From Octopus sinensis (Eukaryota), in contig NC_043012.1 of the NCBI RefSeq assembly GCF_006345805.1, positions 10,416,001 to 10,480,000 on the forward strand: DNA of 64,000 nucleotides. The letters run 5' to 3'. A program made the position numbers and the translations under genes. Numbering within the stretch: the stretch's first letter is position 1; the number at the start of each line of letters is the position of its first letter. This document shows, piece after piece, positions 1 through 13,319 of the stretch. Under the pieces are notes generated by a model. It made no database searches, was not told the origin of the DNA, and saw only the letters and a program-made list of their open reading frames with translations.

Positions 1-100
1 AACAAACATAAACAGATTCGCCTGTCTTCTACACAATAATCTTCTGCTTACATCAGTATGAAGCAAAAGTAATATAGCTTTAATTGTTATATGTATACAA

Positions 101-271
101 GGTGCAGGAGTGGCTGTGTGGTAAGTAGCTTGCTAACCAACCACATGGTTCCGGGTTCCGTCCCACTGCGTGTCATCTTGGGCAAGTGTCTTCTGCTATA
201 GCGCCGGGTCGACCAATGCCTTGTCAGTGGATTTGGTAGACGGAAACTGAAAGAAACCTGTCGTATATATG

Positions 272-303
<32 letters not shown>

Positions 304-531
304 GTATGTATGTATGTATGTGTGTGTGTGTGTTTGTCCCCCTAGCATTGCTTGACAACCGATGCTGGTATGTTTACGTCCACGTCACTTAACGATTCGG
401 CAAAAGAGGCCGATAAAATAAGTACTGGGCCTACAAAGAATAAGTCCCGGGGTCGATTTGCTCGGCTAAAGGCGGTGCTCCAGCATGGCCGCAGTCAAAT
501 GACTGAAACAAGTAAAAGAGTAAAAGAGTAA
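101..531 (+). mobile_element. tRNA-derived SINE, family A, full length with internal microsatellite
   Basis: Head GGTGCAGGAGTGGCTGTGTGGTAAG with B-box-like GGTTCCGTCCC; CORE-like CTTGGGCAAGTGTCTT; internal (TA)/(TG); tail GTAAAAGA repeats. Near-identical copies at 16387 and 35035. Confidence 0.9.
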
Positions 532-544
532 GTGTATATATAGG

Positions 545-735
545 CGTAGGCAGGGTTGCGTGGAGCTGGCAAAAACGTTAGCACGCAGGGCGAAATGCGT
601 AGCCGTATTTCGTCTGCCGTTACGTTCTGAGTTCAAATTCTTTGTAAGCCTAGTATTTATTCTACCGTTCTCTTTTGCCGAACCGCTAAGTTACGGGACG
701 TAAACACACCAACATCGGTTGCTAAGCGAAGGTGG
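545..735. mobile_element. SINE B head fragment (+, 545-640) fused to SINE A internal fragment (-, 640-735)
   Basis: Matches the head of the 39282 copy (AACGTTAGCACG...GTTCTGAGTTCAAATTC), then the reverse complement of SINE A (TTTTGCCGAACCGCTAAG). Confidence 0.75.
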
Positions 736-1084
736 ACACACTATTCTATCTCTCTCTCTTGTTCTTCCTTTCTGTTTTTTCTCCCACTTTTTCTCTAATT
801 CTTCTCCTCCCCCTTCACCATTCCCCCTCTCTCTCTCTCACTCTTCCTCTTTGACTTTCTCGTTGCTCACACATCATCAACGGCTAGCTATATTTCTTTT
901 TTCCACTTCCTTCCTAAAGACAAGACTGTCTCTTCTCAGAGCTCATTTTTCCAGCGTTCACCACTTCATCTCGTTATGGCTTAACAGCCCCCGCCCCCGT
1001 TTGGTTTTAGTGTTTTGTTCTTACTGTCCTGTTTTTGTTATCACTTTAACCCTTCGCAAAAAAATCATAAATTTTAATTAATTT

Positions 1085-1380
1085 GCTTTGCGGGAAGGAC
1101 TGTTTTAACGAAGTCGCGTCTTGTTCTTACCTTCGAAATGCGGAGTAGATAAAACAGGGGACAACTGATGAAGGGTATTTTCTTTATGTTCTCTGTCTCG
1201 CTTTTCTATTTGTTTCTTTCGTTGTTCGACAAAATGTTCGTTTTCCATTCTTTTGTTTTTTGTTTTCGTTTCTCATTTTGTTCACATTTTTTGACGTCCT
1301 GTACCTATATATGCATGTATATATACATATATATGTAGGCATGTACCATGTGTGTGAGAGCATATATATATACATGTATA
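1085..1380 (+). repeat. Dispersed repeat 'family P', probably PLE-derived and non-autonomous
   Basis: CTTCGAAA...CTGATGAAGGG...GTAC(A/C)(C/T)ATATATGCATGTATATATACATAT block recurs at ~6650-6830 (+), 9350-9570 (+) and 17560-17880 (-). PLE origin is inferred from hammerhead-core-like words. Confidence 0.6.
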
Positions 1381-1430
1381 TATTATTTATATTTATATTT
1401 ATGTATATATATATATTTATATATATATAT

Positions 1431-1592
1431 GTACGACGGGTTTCTTTCAGTTTTTATCTACCAAATCCACTCAAAGCTTTGGTCGGGCCGAGGCTATAGT
1501 AGAAGACAATTGCCCAAGGTGCCACGCAGTAGGACTTAACCTGGACCCATGTGGTGTGGAAGTGAGCTTCTTACCACACAGCCACTCCTGCG
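1431..1592 (-). mobile_element. SINE A, 5' half
   Basis: Reverse complement of the 101-260 head (CCACACAGCCACTCCTGCG). Confidence 0.85.
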
Positions 1593-1822
1593 AAATATAT
1601 ATATTTCGTCTATTGAAAGAACCTTTTACTGAAATTCAGAGAAATAAATTTTCGTTAGATTTGAAAACTTAGTTGATTCAATGAAAATGTTTGAAAATCA
1701 CATTTATGAGATAAAAAATTATTTTATTAGTATAGTTTCAATCTGCAGATTAAAACTGACGTCTTGAAAAAATGTCCTTCCTTCAGGTTTTCTTATTCAA
1801 ATGTTTCTTCATATATGTATTG

Positions 1823-1872
<50 letters not shown>

Positions 1873-2025
1873 TTGAAGACGGGAGGATGACTTCCTTTGC
1901 AAATACTGACAGGACACAGATAGTTGTCTATGGCCAGCTGAGGAGTGTGTCCTCCTGGGCTAAAAACTACAGTAGCATCCACCTTAGGGGTTAGCCATAT
2001 TGAAATGGCAAAATACTTCACGATA

Positions 2026-2086
<61 letters not shown>

Positions 2087-3356
2087 GTATCTATCATGTA
2101 TATATTTATGTATACATCTATATATGCATATATATATATGTGTGTGTGTGTGCGTGTATGTATGTATATTTGTATGTGTGTACACATGTCTCAACACACA
2201 CGCATAAGTAAAGAGAAAAAGAAAGAGAAAGGAAAACTTTTTTGACGGTTGTTCAGTTTCCAAAGAGATTTTCTTGATATGGCTAGCATGTCGAATGGCA
2301 ACATAAGAGCTAAAACTTCTAGCAATAGTTAAGCACTCGATCAAAGAATATTTGTGTGTGTGTGTGTGTGTGTGTTGTGTGTGTGTGTGAAAGCGATTGG
2401 GGACGGGACACCATCACATTTGGTATCGAAACCTGGATCTTGATTATCACCAGTGTATCGTGGCATCTGCTGCATATACATTATTTCAGTAAATACTGAA
2501 ACGTTTCTTTGCTTAAAAAAATATTCGATCTTTAGAATTTAAACATCATGAAGTGATAGTGAAATTCGTAAAAGAATGAGAACATAAATATTAAAATGTA
2601 ACTAGAGCTAAATGAAAAAACTGGATTGGGAAGACTCTGTAACAGGTGTTTGTGAAATTCATGGTGTGGAAAAGAAATGATTTAACATACGTAAATCAAA
2701 TGTAGATATCAATATTTTTTCTGTAAAATACATTTCTATCGCAGAATATATCTCTGTAGTCCAGAATGTGAAAACGATGGAAGGTAAATAAAAATTGCAT
2801 ATTCCGTGTGATAATTTAATACTATATTATACAGCAGAGTATTGTGGTTTCATATTTATCATTAAAATCTATATAAAAATGGTCACAATGCAATGAACTG
2901 TCGGCATTTGCAGACACATTCTATAAATCGCTCAGCGTCAGTATTTATAGAAAAGCTTTCAGTGCCGTTGTTCCATTAAGTCAGGGTTGCAAAGATGCAA
3001 GAGATATCTCATTTCCTATATGTAAAAACTGATAGATGTACAAACTTCAGTATTCAAAGTTATACAAATGCCTGCAGTGGCGTCAGTACAGGCATTTGTA
3101 TACCGCCCATCCATCTAAAGTGCGGATCAAGTACTGCAACAGCTTAGGTCTCAAAGTCTTATAGCTCTTGAATTCTCTATCAAAAGAACTGAGAAACCTA
3201 AGTAATGTGGATGCGGATATGCGCGATATCGGACGAGCCAATGTCCCGGCATGAAATTTGGAAATAGTTAAACAAACCAACATACAGTAAGCAAACCAAC
3301 AAGGAAACAATGCACATGCAAGAGCAATGATATGAAATCCCAACACCCAGAAGAAA

Positions 3357-3428
3357 TCAACTACATAAGGGCGCTCTGGAAGGGGTACAAAGGCACAACG
3401 GTGCTCTGGCATGATCGCAGCCACATGG
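3357..3428 (-). CDS. Candidate short terminal coding exon (PCGCDHARAPLCLCTPSRAPLCS*); unverified
   Basis: Follows a pyrimidine-rich acceptor on the minus strand (TTCTTTTGCGTGTTCCAG). The phase-0 reading is Cys-rich with RAPLC twice. The other two frames are also open, so the frame is ambiguous, and no homology is recognised. Confidence 0.15.
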   Translation of the reverse strand, partial: PCGCDHARAPLCLCTPSRAPLCS

Positions 3429-3718
3429 CTGGAACACGCAAAAGAATAACAGAATATGTGCGTGTGTGTATGTATGTGTGCGTTTATAACTATATAGGTT
3501 ATCAGGAGAGGATAGCAATCAAAGCAGTCCCTTTGATCTGTTATAGGGGCTCCAAAATAGGTTTCAACAAAACCACAATCTACCAGGTGTTTGTGTAAAC
3601 CGGCCAGTGGATTTTGCTTGCAAGTCAAGTAGGTCATGGATGGATTTGATCTCAGATCCAAAAACAAAGTAAGGCATTCTTTCCAGTACTTTGATGACTT
3701 TGGCAGTTGACTACCTTA

Positions 3719-3945
<227 letters not shown>

Positions 3946-4078
3946 TTATGTAAGCGTGGTACTTATGCTATTGGGCACTTATGCCGAAACGCTAAGTTAC
4001 GGGAGCGTAAATACACCAGCATCAGTTCTCAAACGACGATGGGAAGAGATAAACACAAAGACACATACATACATACAT

Positions 4079-4160
<82 letters not shown>

Positions 4161-4489
4161 GGAACAAAAACACAATAGAGGACAATGAAAGATTTGGACA
4201 GATAGACGATACAGAGGTGGACAAGAGAAAGAACAATTAGAAGGACAGGTGGAAAAAGACCGCTCATTCGTAGCCCCTCTCTTCAGTCAAGTTACCAGAA
4301 GTCCTTACTGGTTCAGGCAGTTACGTTTGCGATTGTTTGATTTGGTTGCCCCCAAAAAGCTTAGCTATGAGCATTAGATCATTTTGTAAGGAAGCTAGCG
4401 AATGTGCACGACAAACAAAAACAAAAAAAAGGAGAACATGGTACACAACTGCAAATACAAACAAGAATATAACAACATGCGTCTTTTGA

Positions 4490-4650
4490 CCGACGGGCTC
4501 CTTTCAGCTTCCGTCTACCAAATCGACTCACAACGCTTTGGTTGGCCCGATGCTATTGTTGAATATATTTGTTCAAGGTGTCACGCTGTGAGACTGAACC
4601 CAGACCTATGTGGTTGGGAAGCGAGCTTCTTATCCTACAGCTACGCCTGA
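4490..4650 (-). mobile_element. SINE A, diverged 5' half
   Basis: CTTTCAGCTTCCGTCTACCAAATC...CAAGGTGTCACGCTGTGAGACTGAACCC matches the reverse complement of the family A head. Confidence 0.75.
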
Positions 4651-4695
4651 TCCTACACACTCACATACACATGCACACACTAATATATATATGTA

Positions 4696-4739
<44 letters not shown>

Positions 4740-4819
4740 ATATGGAAATATATTTACATACATTATATTATATGTGGTGTGTGTATATATATATATAATA
4801 TATATATACTTACTTATAC

Positions 4820-4841
4820 TGGTGATAGCTAGCTAGCTAGC

Positions 4842-4922
<81 letters not shown>

Positions 4923-4992
4923 GCATACATACATACATACATACATACATAGATAGATACATACATACATACATGCATACATACATACATAC

Positions 4993-5033
<41 letters not shown>

Positions 5034-5045
5034 TGGAGAGAGAGA
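4820..5045. repeat. Compound (TAGC)/(TAGA)/(TACA)/(GA) microsatellite
   Basis: Read directly. Confidence 0.95.
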
Positions 5046-6052
5046 GTGCTAGATGTAGCAGAATATGGAAAGCGTGTATCGATTTATATATAAATATTTA
5101 CATAATACTCTCGCACTAAATGAAACAGAAATTAACTTAAAATGCCGAATCTCCCAAAATTTAATTCCTAGTTATAAGCTCTGATATATATATTGATATT
5201 ATTAGAGCTGCATCTATTTTTATTTTTGACGTTATTGTTGTGGTTTTATCTGTCACTTTTGATGTTAGTGCAGCTGCTGATTGAGATTGATGTTGCCGCT
5301 GTCACTATATTTAGCGATAGTGTTGTTCTTCATCCTCATCTTCTTCTTCTTACTGTTTCTTTAATGTTATTATCCTGGTTGTTTCAGTTGCGGCTACGTC
5401 TAATGTTGTATCTACTGCAGAATTTTTCCCATTTCACGATGCAGCTGGACTTGTTGCTATTTAGATGTTGTAACAATTGTACTTGATGCTGGCACTCCTG
5501 CTGCTGCTGCTGGTGCTGATGCTGCTATTGCTGCTGCTGACGATGATGATGATGATGGCGGTGATGGTGATCGTACTGCTGCTGCTGCTGCTGCTGTTGC
5601 TGAAATGTTTACATGTGCCGATGTCTAATTATTTCTATCGCCGCTAATGTTGCTCTTCCGTTTGTTGCTTAAATTCCTTTAATTAATACTGTGTAATGAC
5701 CGTCTTAGATCTCAGAAGTAAAGCTTTTCCTCAAAGACAAACTTACCCGCACATACACACACACACAGGCACACACACACACACACGCACACACACACAA
5801 GCATACGCACACCCGTATACAAATAAACATAAATATACTTGTATGTACTTGTATGTACATGTATATACATAGATATACATACATACATATATACATATAT
5901 ATACATACGTACTTATATATATGTATGTATACACACACTCACACACACACACATAAACATATATATATAAGGGGAGACTTCATAAAAAAACCAAAGACGA
6001 AGATAGTTGGTGTAGACAATGTATGAGTTTCACGCTCGGGAATTGAAAACGT

Positions 6053-6088
6053 CTATAACGTTTCGAGCTAACGCTCTTCCACAGATAA
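6053..6088 (-). ncRNA. Minimal hammerhead-ribozyme-like motif with variant core CUGUGGA
   Basis: Minus strand: UUAU-CUGUGGA-A-GAGC-GUUA-GCUC-GAAA-CG-UU-AUAG, giving a 4-bp stem I, a 4-bp stem II and a palindromic ACGU stem III. Core A6 is U, so activity is doubtful. Confidence 0.4.
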
Positions 6089-6539
6089 GAACACAAAAAG
6101 AAACAACAGAGAGAAAATAATGTGTAGTGGCTAGAGATCCACCATGGCGAATGCCGAGCAGAGGGGTCACACAGGAGAGCAAGGAAGAAAGGGAGATAAT
6201 AAAGTAGTGGTGATTCCGAACCGGAGGTGCGCGTGTGTGTGTATAAGAGAGCATGTATGTGCGTGTGAAAAAAGGAGCATGTATGTGGGTGTGGAAAGGG
6301 CTGGTGACCTTGACGTGTGCGAGTGTGGATGTGTAGGTGTGTGATGTGGGCGTGGGAAGTGGTCAGTGCTAGTGTCTGCGTGGTAGTGTGATGTGATGTG
6401 TTGAGGTGTTGTGTGGTATGGTGGTGTATAGTGTAGTAGTGCGTGATGTGGTGTGATGGTCGTGGGAGGTGGGGGAGGCAAGAGTGGGGAAAGCAAGGGA
6501 GGGGTGTGGGTGGGATGGTATGGATAGTGAAGAAGGAGT

Positions 6540-6608
<69 letters not shown>

Positions 6609-7150
6609 ATGTATGTTGTTAAATGCTCGAAATACGAGACTAGGACAACACCCAACAACTGATGGAAGGTCGTTCTTTATGTTGTTTGTCTTGTTTCAAA
6701 TTTGCGTCTTTCGTTGTTCGAAAAAATATTTAATATACCATGTACTCGTACTTTGTACTTTTTTGTTGTACAATTTTCGTGACGTCCTGTGCACACATAT
6801 GCATGTATATATGTATGTATATATATGAAACAAGTAATTTAGACGTTTACGTGTGATTGGGTGTCTCCACCTAATAACTTGTCAACATCTAATTATTAAA
6901 GTGTAAAAATTATCTGAAAAGTCATTTATCTTAATTTTTTCAAATATATAATTCTGTACCAAGGACATTCTATTTCCTATTCTACTATAGATACACACGT
7001 GTGTATAGTATGTTTATATACACATATACACACATATATATATATGTATACACACATACATGCATACACACATACATATATACATACACCTACACATACA
7101 CATACACACACTCACGCACACGCACACACATACATAAACAGTAGATTAAC

Positions 7151-8040
7151 ATAATCTTTGCAAATGATTCCAAAATCTAGAAAGTCATCAATCAAGTGGG
7201 TGACCAGACATACCTTCAATCAGATCTTCTGGCTGTTGTCCAAAGGAATAATATGCTGCTGAAAGAGGATAAATTTGAATTAATTCCCTTTAGAAAAGAA
7301 GATACTCTGATGCTCCCATACTCCCTTCCTGCAGGTGAAACTCTCATGGTATCCATCAACATCAGAGACTTGAGAATAATTTTGGAGAATAACATAAGCT
7401 GGGCCGCTCATATTAACAGTAAAATTGACATGGCGCGAAGAATGTATTCCTGGATTCTCAGAACCTTTGCAGGCGAGAGACATCCACACCATTATCCTTC
7501 TCTTCCCCACTTTTGCCAGACACCTCCTTGAATACTGTTGTCTACTGTGGTCTCCCCACACGAAACAAAGTATGAAAAATGAAGCACCACAAAAGTTAAT
7601 TACAAAAACGATTGATGGCGTGACTAGCATTGACTATTAGGGTCGATTAGATAAAGCTCAAGTTTTATTCTCTCCAACGCCGCCGTGAGCACTACATCAT
7701 CGGCATGAAGTGTTGATATCACCTTTAAAATACATCCCAGACTTGGGCCCCGTGCTATCCGCCTACAACATAAATCACATTTGCATCTCATAACAACAAT
7801 ACGGCACAATTATTTCACCTCAATTGGCCCCGCTCTCTTTAACATTCCATCAAAATACATTAAGACAGAAACATACCTCATGAAGTTCAAGAAGTCTTCG
7901 GACAAATTTCTTCAAGAAATCTCGGATATGTTTCCGTAAACAATTACTCTCCACATGAGTAGGCCATGTCGTCTGATTACTGATTTGAATGACTTCACCA
8001 GGTGGTGCTCTTAAGTTAGACATGGCCCTGATCAATACTG
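7151..8040 (+). mobile_element. CR1-group LINE, 3' part of ORF2 (RT C-terminus), frameshifted
   Basis: Translates to IFANDSKI (cf. FADD), LQSDLLAVVQ, EDKFELI, IRDLRIILENNISWAAHIN, ARRMYSWILRTF, LLEYCCLLWSPH, typical of CR1/L2-group RT tails. Confidence 0.85.
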
Positions 8041-8971
8041 GTGGACACCTATCAAAGTACTCATAATGTTTGGGTCAATTTCAGGCAAATAGTAGAATAA
8101 AGCCATTAGCCACGCCAAGTTCTCCACGCAGTGAGTTCAAGCTTAGGACGTAGATACTACTAAGTGAATCTCTTAAGATTCTGCTGTAAGCGCAGAATGG
8201 TTTAAGATTTCAACACCAACGTCTCAGTTGGTTGGACACCCATAGTCTATTTAAGGGTTGATCACAACTCAGTAAACCAACGAAATTTAGCATAAATTAT
8301 GCAGTGACTATCGGAATAAATTCAATCGTACATATAGAGAATATAGAGTTTGGTATTTTATTTATTACACACGAATAAACGACTATATTTTATTAACCCA
8401 ATAACTAAATTCTTCACGTTTAGTTGTAACTTATGAATGACAAAAGTAGTGCCGTCACCGTGACCTCGGGTCATCACCATGGATTGACCAATCAGAAGCA
8501 GCGCTCGCAGTATCTGACATATGTTAGATACCAAAAATATCTCAAAGTGTTCTCACTCACATGTGTGTAATAAATTATATTTCAATATTGCTTAAAACCG
8601 AGATATTTCTTCAAGAGTTTCACTTATCACCAGCTTAATATTGTTAAATAAATTATATAATCCCCTTTTAATCTGTTTTGAAAGTATATTACGTATTGTG
8701 ACTAGATATCGTATTCAATGCAAATGGTGGTTCCTTCTTGCTACGAGCAAGCTGAAGAAAATTTTACAGCGTTAACCTCTCCAACGTAGAAGTCACACGA
8801 ATAGCTCTTCTATATAATTAAATACGAGATCATTATTCTCGAGGGTATGAGAGGATCAACATGTCACCCTTGTACATCTATCTCACTCTATTGCTCTCTC
8901 TCTCTCTCACTTTCTGTCCCTCTCATATACACATGCACACAGACATACAAACACATGTTAACATATATAAA

Positions 8972-9150
8972 TACTAGGAGGTGCTGAAAAGTTCCTGGTT
9001 TTGGGTAAAAGAAAATACAGGAGGATCAATAAATTATGACTTTATTCCAAATACTCCTCTCTCAGATTCACCCACTTTTTGCAAATTTCTTGAATTTTTT
9101 TCTAAGCGCTCTAAAATAACTCAGAAAACTGGTCCTCCAACCCAAGCCTT
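8972..9150 (+). mobile_element. Tc1/mariner-type terminal fragment (one end only)
   Basis: TA followed by CTAGGAGGTGCTGAAAAGTTCC resembles mariner TIR starts; no partner TIR found. Confidence 0.4.
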
Positions 9151-9169
9151 TTGCTCTTAGTGCCAGGCT

Positions 9170-9322
9170 TCTTTCACTTTCTGCCTACCAAGTGTGCTCA
9201 CACGTTTCTGGTCAGCCCGAGGCTATAGTAGAAGGCTCTTGGCCAAGGTGCCACGCAGTGGGACTGGACCTGGAACCATATGGTTGGTAAGTAAGCCTGC
9301 TACCACACAGCCACGCCTGTGC
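9170..9322 (-). mobile_element. SINE A, 5' half
   Basis: Reverse complement of the family A head (CCACACAGCCACGCCTGTGCC). Confidence 0.85.
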
Positions 9323-9349
9323 CTATATATATATATGAAACACGCATTG

Positions 9350-9570
9350 AGTCGAAACAGGGCAGCTGATGAAGGGGAATATTCCTTGTGTTGGTTGTCT
9401 TGTACTCTGTTTTTTCGTTGTTAAAAAAAGTCCGTTTCCTTGTTTGATTTTTTGTTTTCGTTTCTCGTTGTGTTCTACGTTTATTTGTGGTACCCTGTAC
9501 ACATATATGCATGTATATATACATATAGATGTAGGTATGTACATATATGTATGTATGTATGTATGTATAT
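9350..9570 (+). repeat. Family P copy
   Basis: GTCGAAACAGGGCAGCTGATGAAGGGGAATATT...GTACACATATATGCATGTATATATACATATAGATGTAGG, homologous to 1085-1380. Confidence 0.65.
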
Positions 9571-9645
9571 GTTTTATTCATTAAATTGTTATTATATGAT
9601 TGAACGCTCGCGTCGTTTTCTTCTTCTTCCAAGTAAGTTTTATTT

Positions 9646-9705
<60 letters not shown>

Positions 9706-10449
9706 GTATATTGCGAGGGGATATTAAGATAAAGAGACTGCAAGCTTTTCGCCAAAGCTATATATGATGAATATTGTTGTATTTCGAGATGGTTACTTTT
9801 TTTGCTAAATACCACGTGGACTAAATTAACAAACCACTACATACTTGTTGTTTACCTAAGATTTATTATTATCTTATTTTAGTGTCCTTTGTCTGAAATC
9901 TTTTGTCACATGTCCTCTGACCTCTTCTGCGACTCGCCATTCCACCCGTCTCCTCTTGTTTTGTGAAGTCCATTGTCACTTTGGTGTTGTATCCTCATCT
10001 TGCGTCTGTATCTCTGAGTGCGTTCGTGCGTGTGTATATGTGTGTGTATGTGTGGGTGTGTGCGCGCACTCACGCGTGTCACGTGTGAGGTACCTGTCTG
10101 TGTAAATTGTATGTGTGCTTTGTGTTTATATGTGGGTTTGCTTACTTTACTGTTTGCAGCCGTCTCCTGTATTTTGTCATTTGTTATTGATTTTCTCATT
10201 TATTTTTCTATATTTGTCTCTATCTGTCTTTAGTATCTGTATGTGTCTTTCATACGTGTGTGTGAGTGTGTGTGGTATTGTGCATTATTCTGTTTGTATT
10301 TGTCGTTTTTATTTTTTTAATTCTTTGCTTTCATTTTGTCTTTAGTTTACCTGTTGCGTAGTGTCGTGGTGGTGGATGTTATTGTTTCATTTGTGTTTTC
10401 TGTTGAAGCTCGGCCTGTCTGCTTTTAAGTTTGTGGCCTCTGCAACTTT

Positions 10450-10860
10450 TTTTAAATGTCTTGTTTGTTCTATGTGGTGAAAATACCTTAACATTTATAT
10501 TATTAACCGAGCTGTTTCTGTTCTAATGAAACATGTTTTTAGAGCACTGGCGAGTTTTTCTTCTCTTGGAGTCCCTATCAGTGTTCAACTATTTGCTCTC
10601 CTATGCTATGTGCTGTCTCCCAAGTGTATGTTGTTTTCTTGCTTCTGGACCGTCCCTCTGTACACCATATGCTATAGACTATATACCTAATCCTACAGAT
10701 AACCTGTGGGTTCATCCTACACATTATACAATTTTTATTCGTACATGGATGCCTTTTGAATTGTTGTGTTCTAAAGATCAGAGATTTTATGAGGGTTTGT
10801 GACCTTTCTACTATTTAATTCGTAGATTTACTTTATCTAATGTGTTCCTAAACAAACATG
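10450..10860 (-). mobile_element. Probable decayed Penelope-like GIY-YIG endonuclease remnant
   Basis: Minus-strand pieces ICRIRYIVYSIWC and YTWETAHSIGEQIVEH resemble the PLE pattern VVYxIxC...YIGETxRxLxxRxxEH; heavily decayed. Confidence 0.35.
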
Positions 10861-12059
10861 CTAGTTCGGGCGGTGCACACCGCACAGCGCAATAAACCCC
10901 ACCTACATCAAAGTACTAGACATCGCGGTTAAAGTCAGAATGAGGCAAAAAAATTAATTTAAAAATAAATAAATATAAAAGCTACATATTCAAACAGTAT
11001 AATGCATAAACCATATACAAAAGACCCACATACACATATTTAGAACGTAATGGGGGAATATGGAGGAATAAATAAGGAAATAAATGAAAATAATCAAAAT
11101 AAATGATACGAGTACAGTGTAGTTATCTTAACCCAGATACACAAAAACCCTTACAAAACACATAGAAACATGCACACATACGTACACACAAACATAGATA
11201 CAGATACAAACGCATGCGCCGATGGGGACGCGCACTATAGAAATACAGAATGGAATAAACAGAACAGGAAGAGATACATGGGATGGAGAGTGGCTAAAGA
11301 GGTCACAGGATGTGTAACGGAAAGTTTGAGAAAAACGACACTAAAATAAGAATTATACTAAAGCTGAAGTGAGGAATGAGTATATACCGTGTGTTTATTT
11401 GGCAAAGAAAAAGAAAACGACCATTCCGAAATTTAACAACATATGTTTCAATACACGATTTCACATCAGGAGTCTTGCAAAGCAAATACATAAACGTAAT
11501 AGTTGTTATGAAGTATTTTACAAAATATTAAATAATTTTTAACAATTGGAACAAAATACAGGAGTAAACCATCGCTAATTCATTGAGGTTGGGATTTAAA
11601 AGGAAAGAGAATGTTTACATATCATTTGGCCTTGATGAAGAGCGCTATAGTTCAAAGCATCATGAAACCCTGTGCAGAGATATACAAAGAGCATTGAGAA
11701 TTAAGGCAGCTTATATTTTGTCTTTGAAGTATATAAGGAAAAATAGCCAAAGGCAGAATTGTGAGACCTTTCAGTGATTAGGGCTGAGGTAACTTATTGC
11801 ATGTGTATAGTTTACGTTCTCTTACTCTGTGATTGCGTATATATATATATATATATATATACATGTGTGTGTGTCTGTGTGTGTCAGTGTGTGTGTGTAT
11901 GCGTGTATGTTTGAGTGTTTGTGAGTGTATGTGTGTGTGCAAGTGTGTGTGTGTTGGAGTGAGTAATTGAGCGATAGACATGATCGATTTATTGATTTTG
12001 TGATCTTTTGGAAGAAAGGCTCATTGACGAATATTATCGTATTGATTGTGTTTAGGTAA

Positions 12060-12070
12060 TTAAATGTATC

Positions 12071-12112
<42 letters not shown>

Positions 12113-12596
12113 TATGTATATACATATATACATATATATATATACTTATATATACATATATACAAACATATATATACACATATATATTATATATATATAT
12201 ATATACATATTATATACATATATATATACATACATATATACACACATATATATATATACGTATATAATATACCATATATATTCTCACACATACACACACA
12301 TATATATGCATTCATATATATATAATATATATATATATATAGTCAGATATAAACATATGCGTGTGTGTGTGTAATCAATTGTTATTCACATAGCAGACAT
12401 CTATCTTCCACCTATATTATACTCAACAATAGATTCACAGATCCATACGCTCACGCACAAGCACACAAACCTCCCTCCGTATTCTTTCTGTCTATATATA
12501 TGTGTATATGCGTGTGTGCCTGTGTGAGCTTACATGCTTGTGTCTGCGTGTGCGCGTATATATATATATGTATGTATGTGTATATATCTGTATATG

Positions 12597-12652
<56 letters not shown>

Positions 12653-12653
12653 G

Positions 12654-12711
<58 letters not shown>

Positions 12712-12741
12712 GTATATATATATATATATATATACTTTTAC

Positions 12742-12780
<39 letters not shown>

Positions 12781-12800
12781 CTTATACATATATTTACATA
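12060..12800. repeat. Long (TA)n/(TACA)n-rich low-complexity tract
   Basis: Read directly; source of many spurious YIYI ORFs. Confidence 0.95.
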
Positions 12801-13319
12801 TCCTTGCGCACATCTCACATCTGTTGTGTTTAAATGTCAAGTGTTGTTATAATGAATAGGTCTCAAAATGGCGATTCGTCAGAGGGTTTTGTTCTGTTAC
12901 AATACCGCATGGCTCTTGATTGTAAAGAAATGATTAGATGTAGTAGCAACGAAATGCTACGTCTTTTAATCAGCCAATACTTGTAGTATTGTGTAGCCAA
13001 TCAGTTTAACAAAAGATCACAGCCTTCTTGACAGAAATGCAAAGTTGCATGCAAACAAAATTAAACTCAGATACAAAAAAAATAACGCATTGTAAAGTGC
13101 TTTATAAAAATGTTTATGGTTGTGTACTACAAGGGAATTTTATTGCATGTGTGGGGAGATTTATGAATAGAGAAGACAAATATATCGTGGTGTACGACGT
13201 CAAAGCGTATATATGAGTAGGTGTGAAGGAGTATGTCAATATGGGTGCATTGTCATTATTTATGTAGGGTATATTTTTTGTTTATACGCAATAATTTCAT
13301 ATGAGAAAATGACACGGGA

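Noticed and set aside
3355-3390. YIRALWKGYK on the plus strand, resembling an IQ motif
   Set aside because: Lacks the Q and both conserved R residues, and there is no exon context.
5490-5602. (GCT)/(GAT) trinucleotide run resembling a polyQ/polyH or polyA exon on the minus strand
   Set aside because: In-frame stops within or just after the run and no flanking coding signal; typical decayed trinucleotide repeat.
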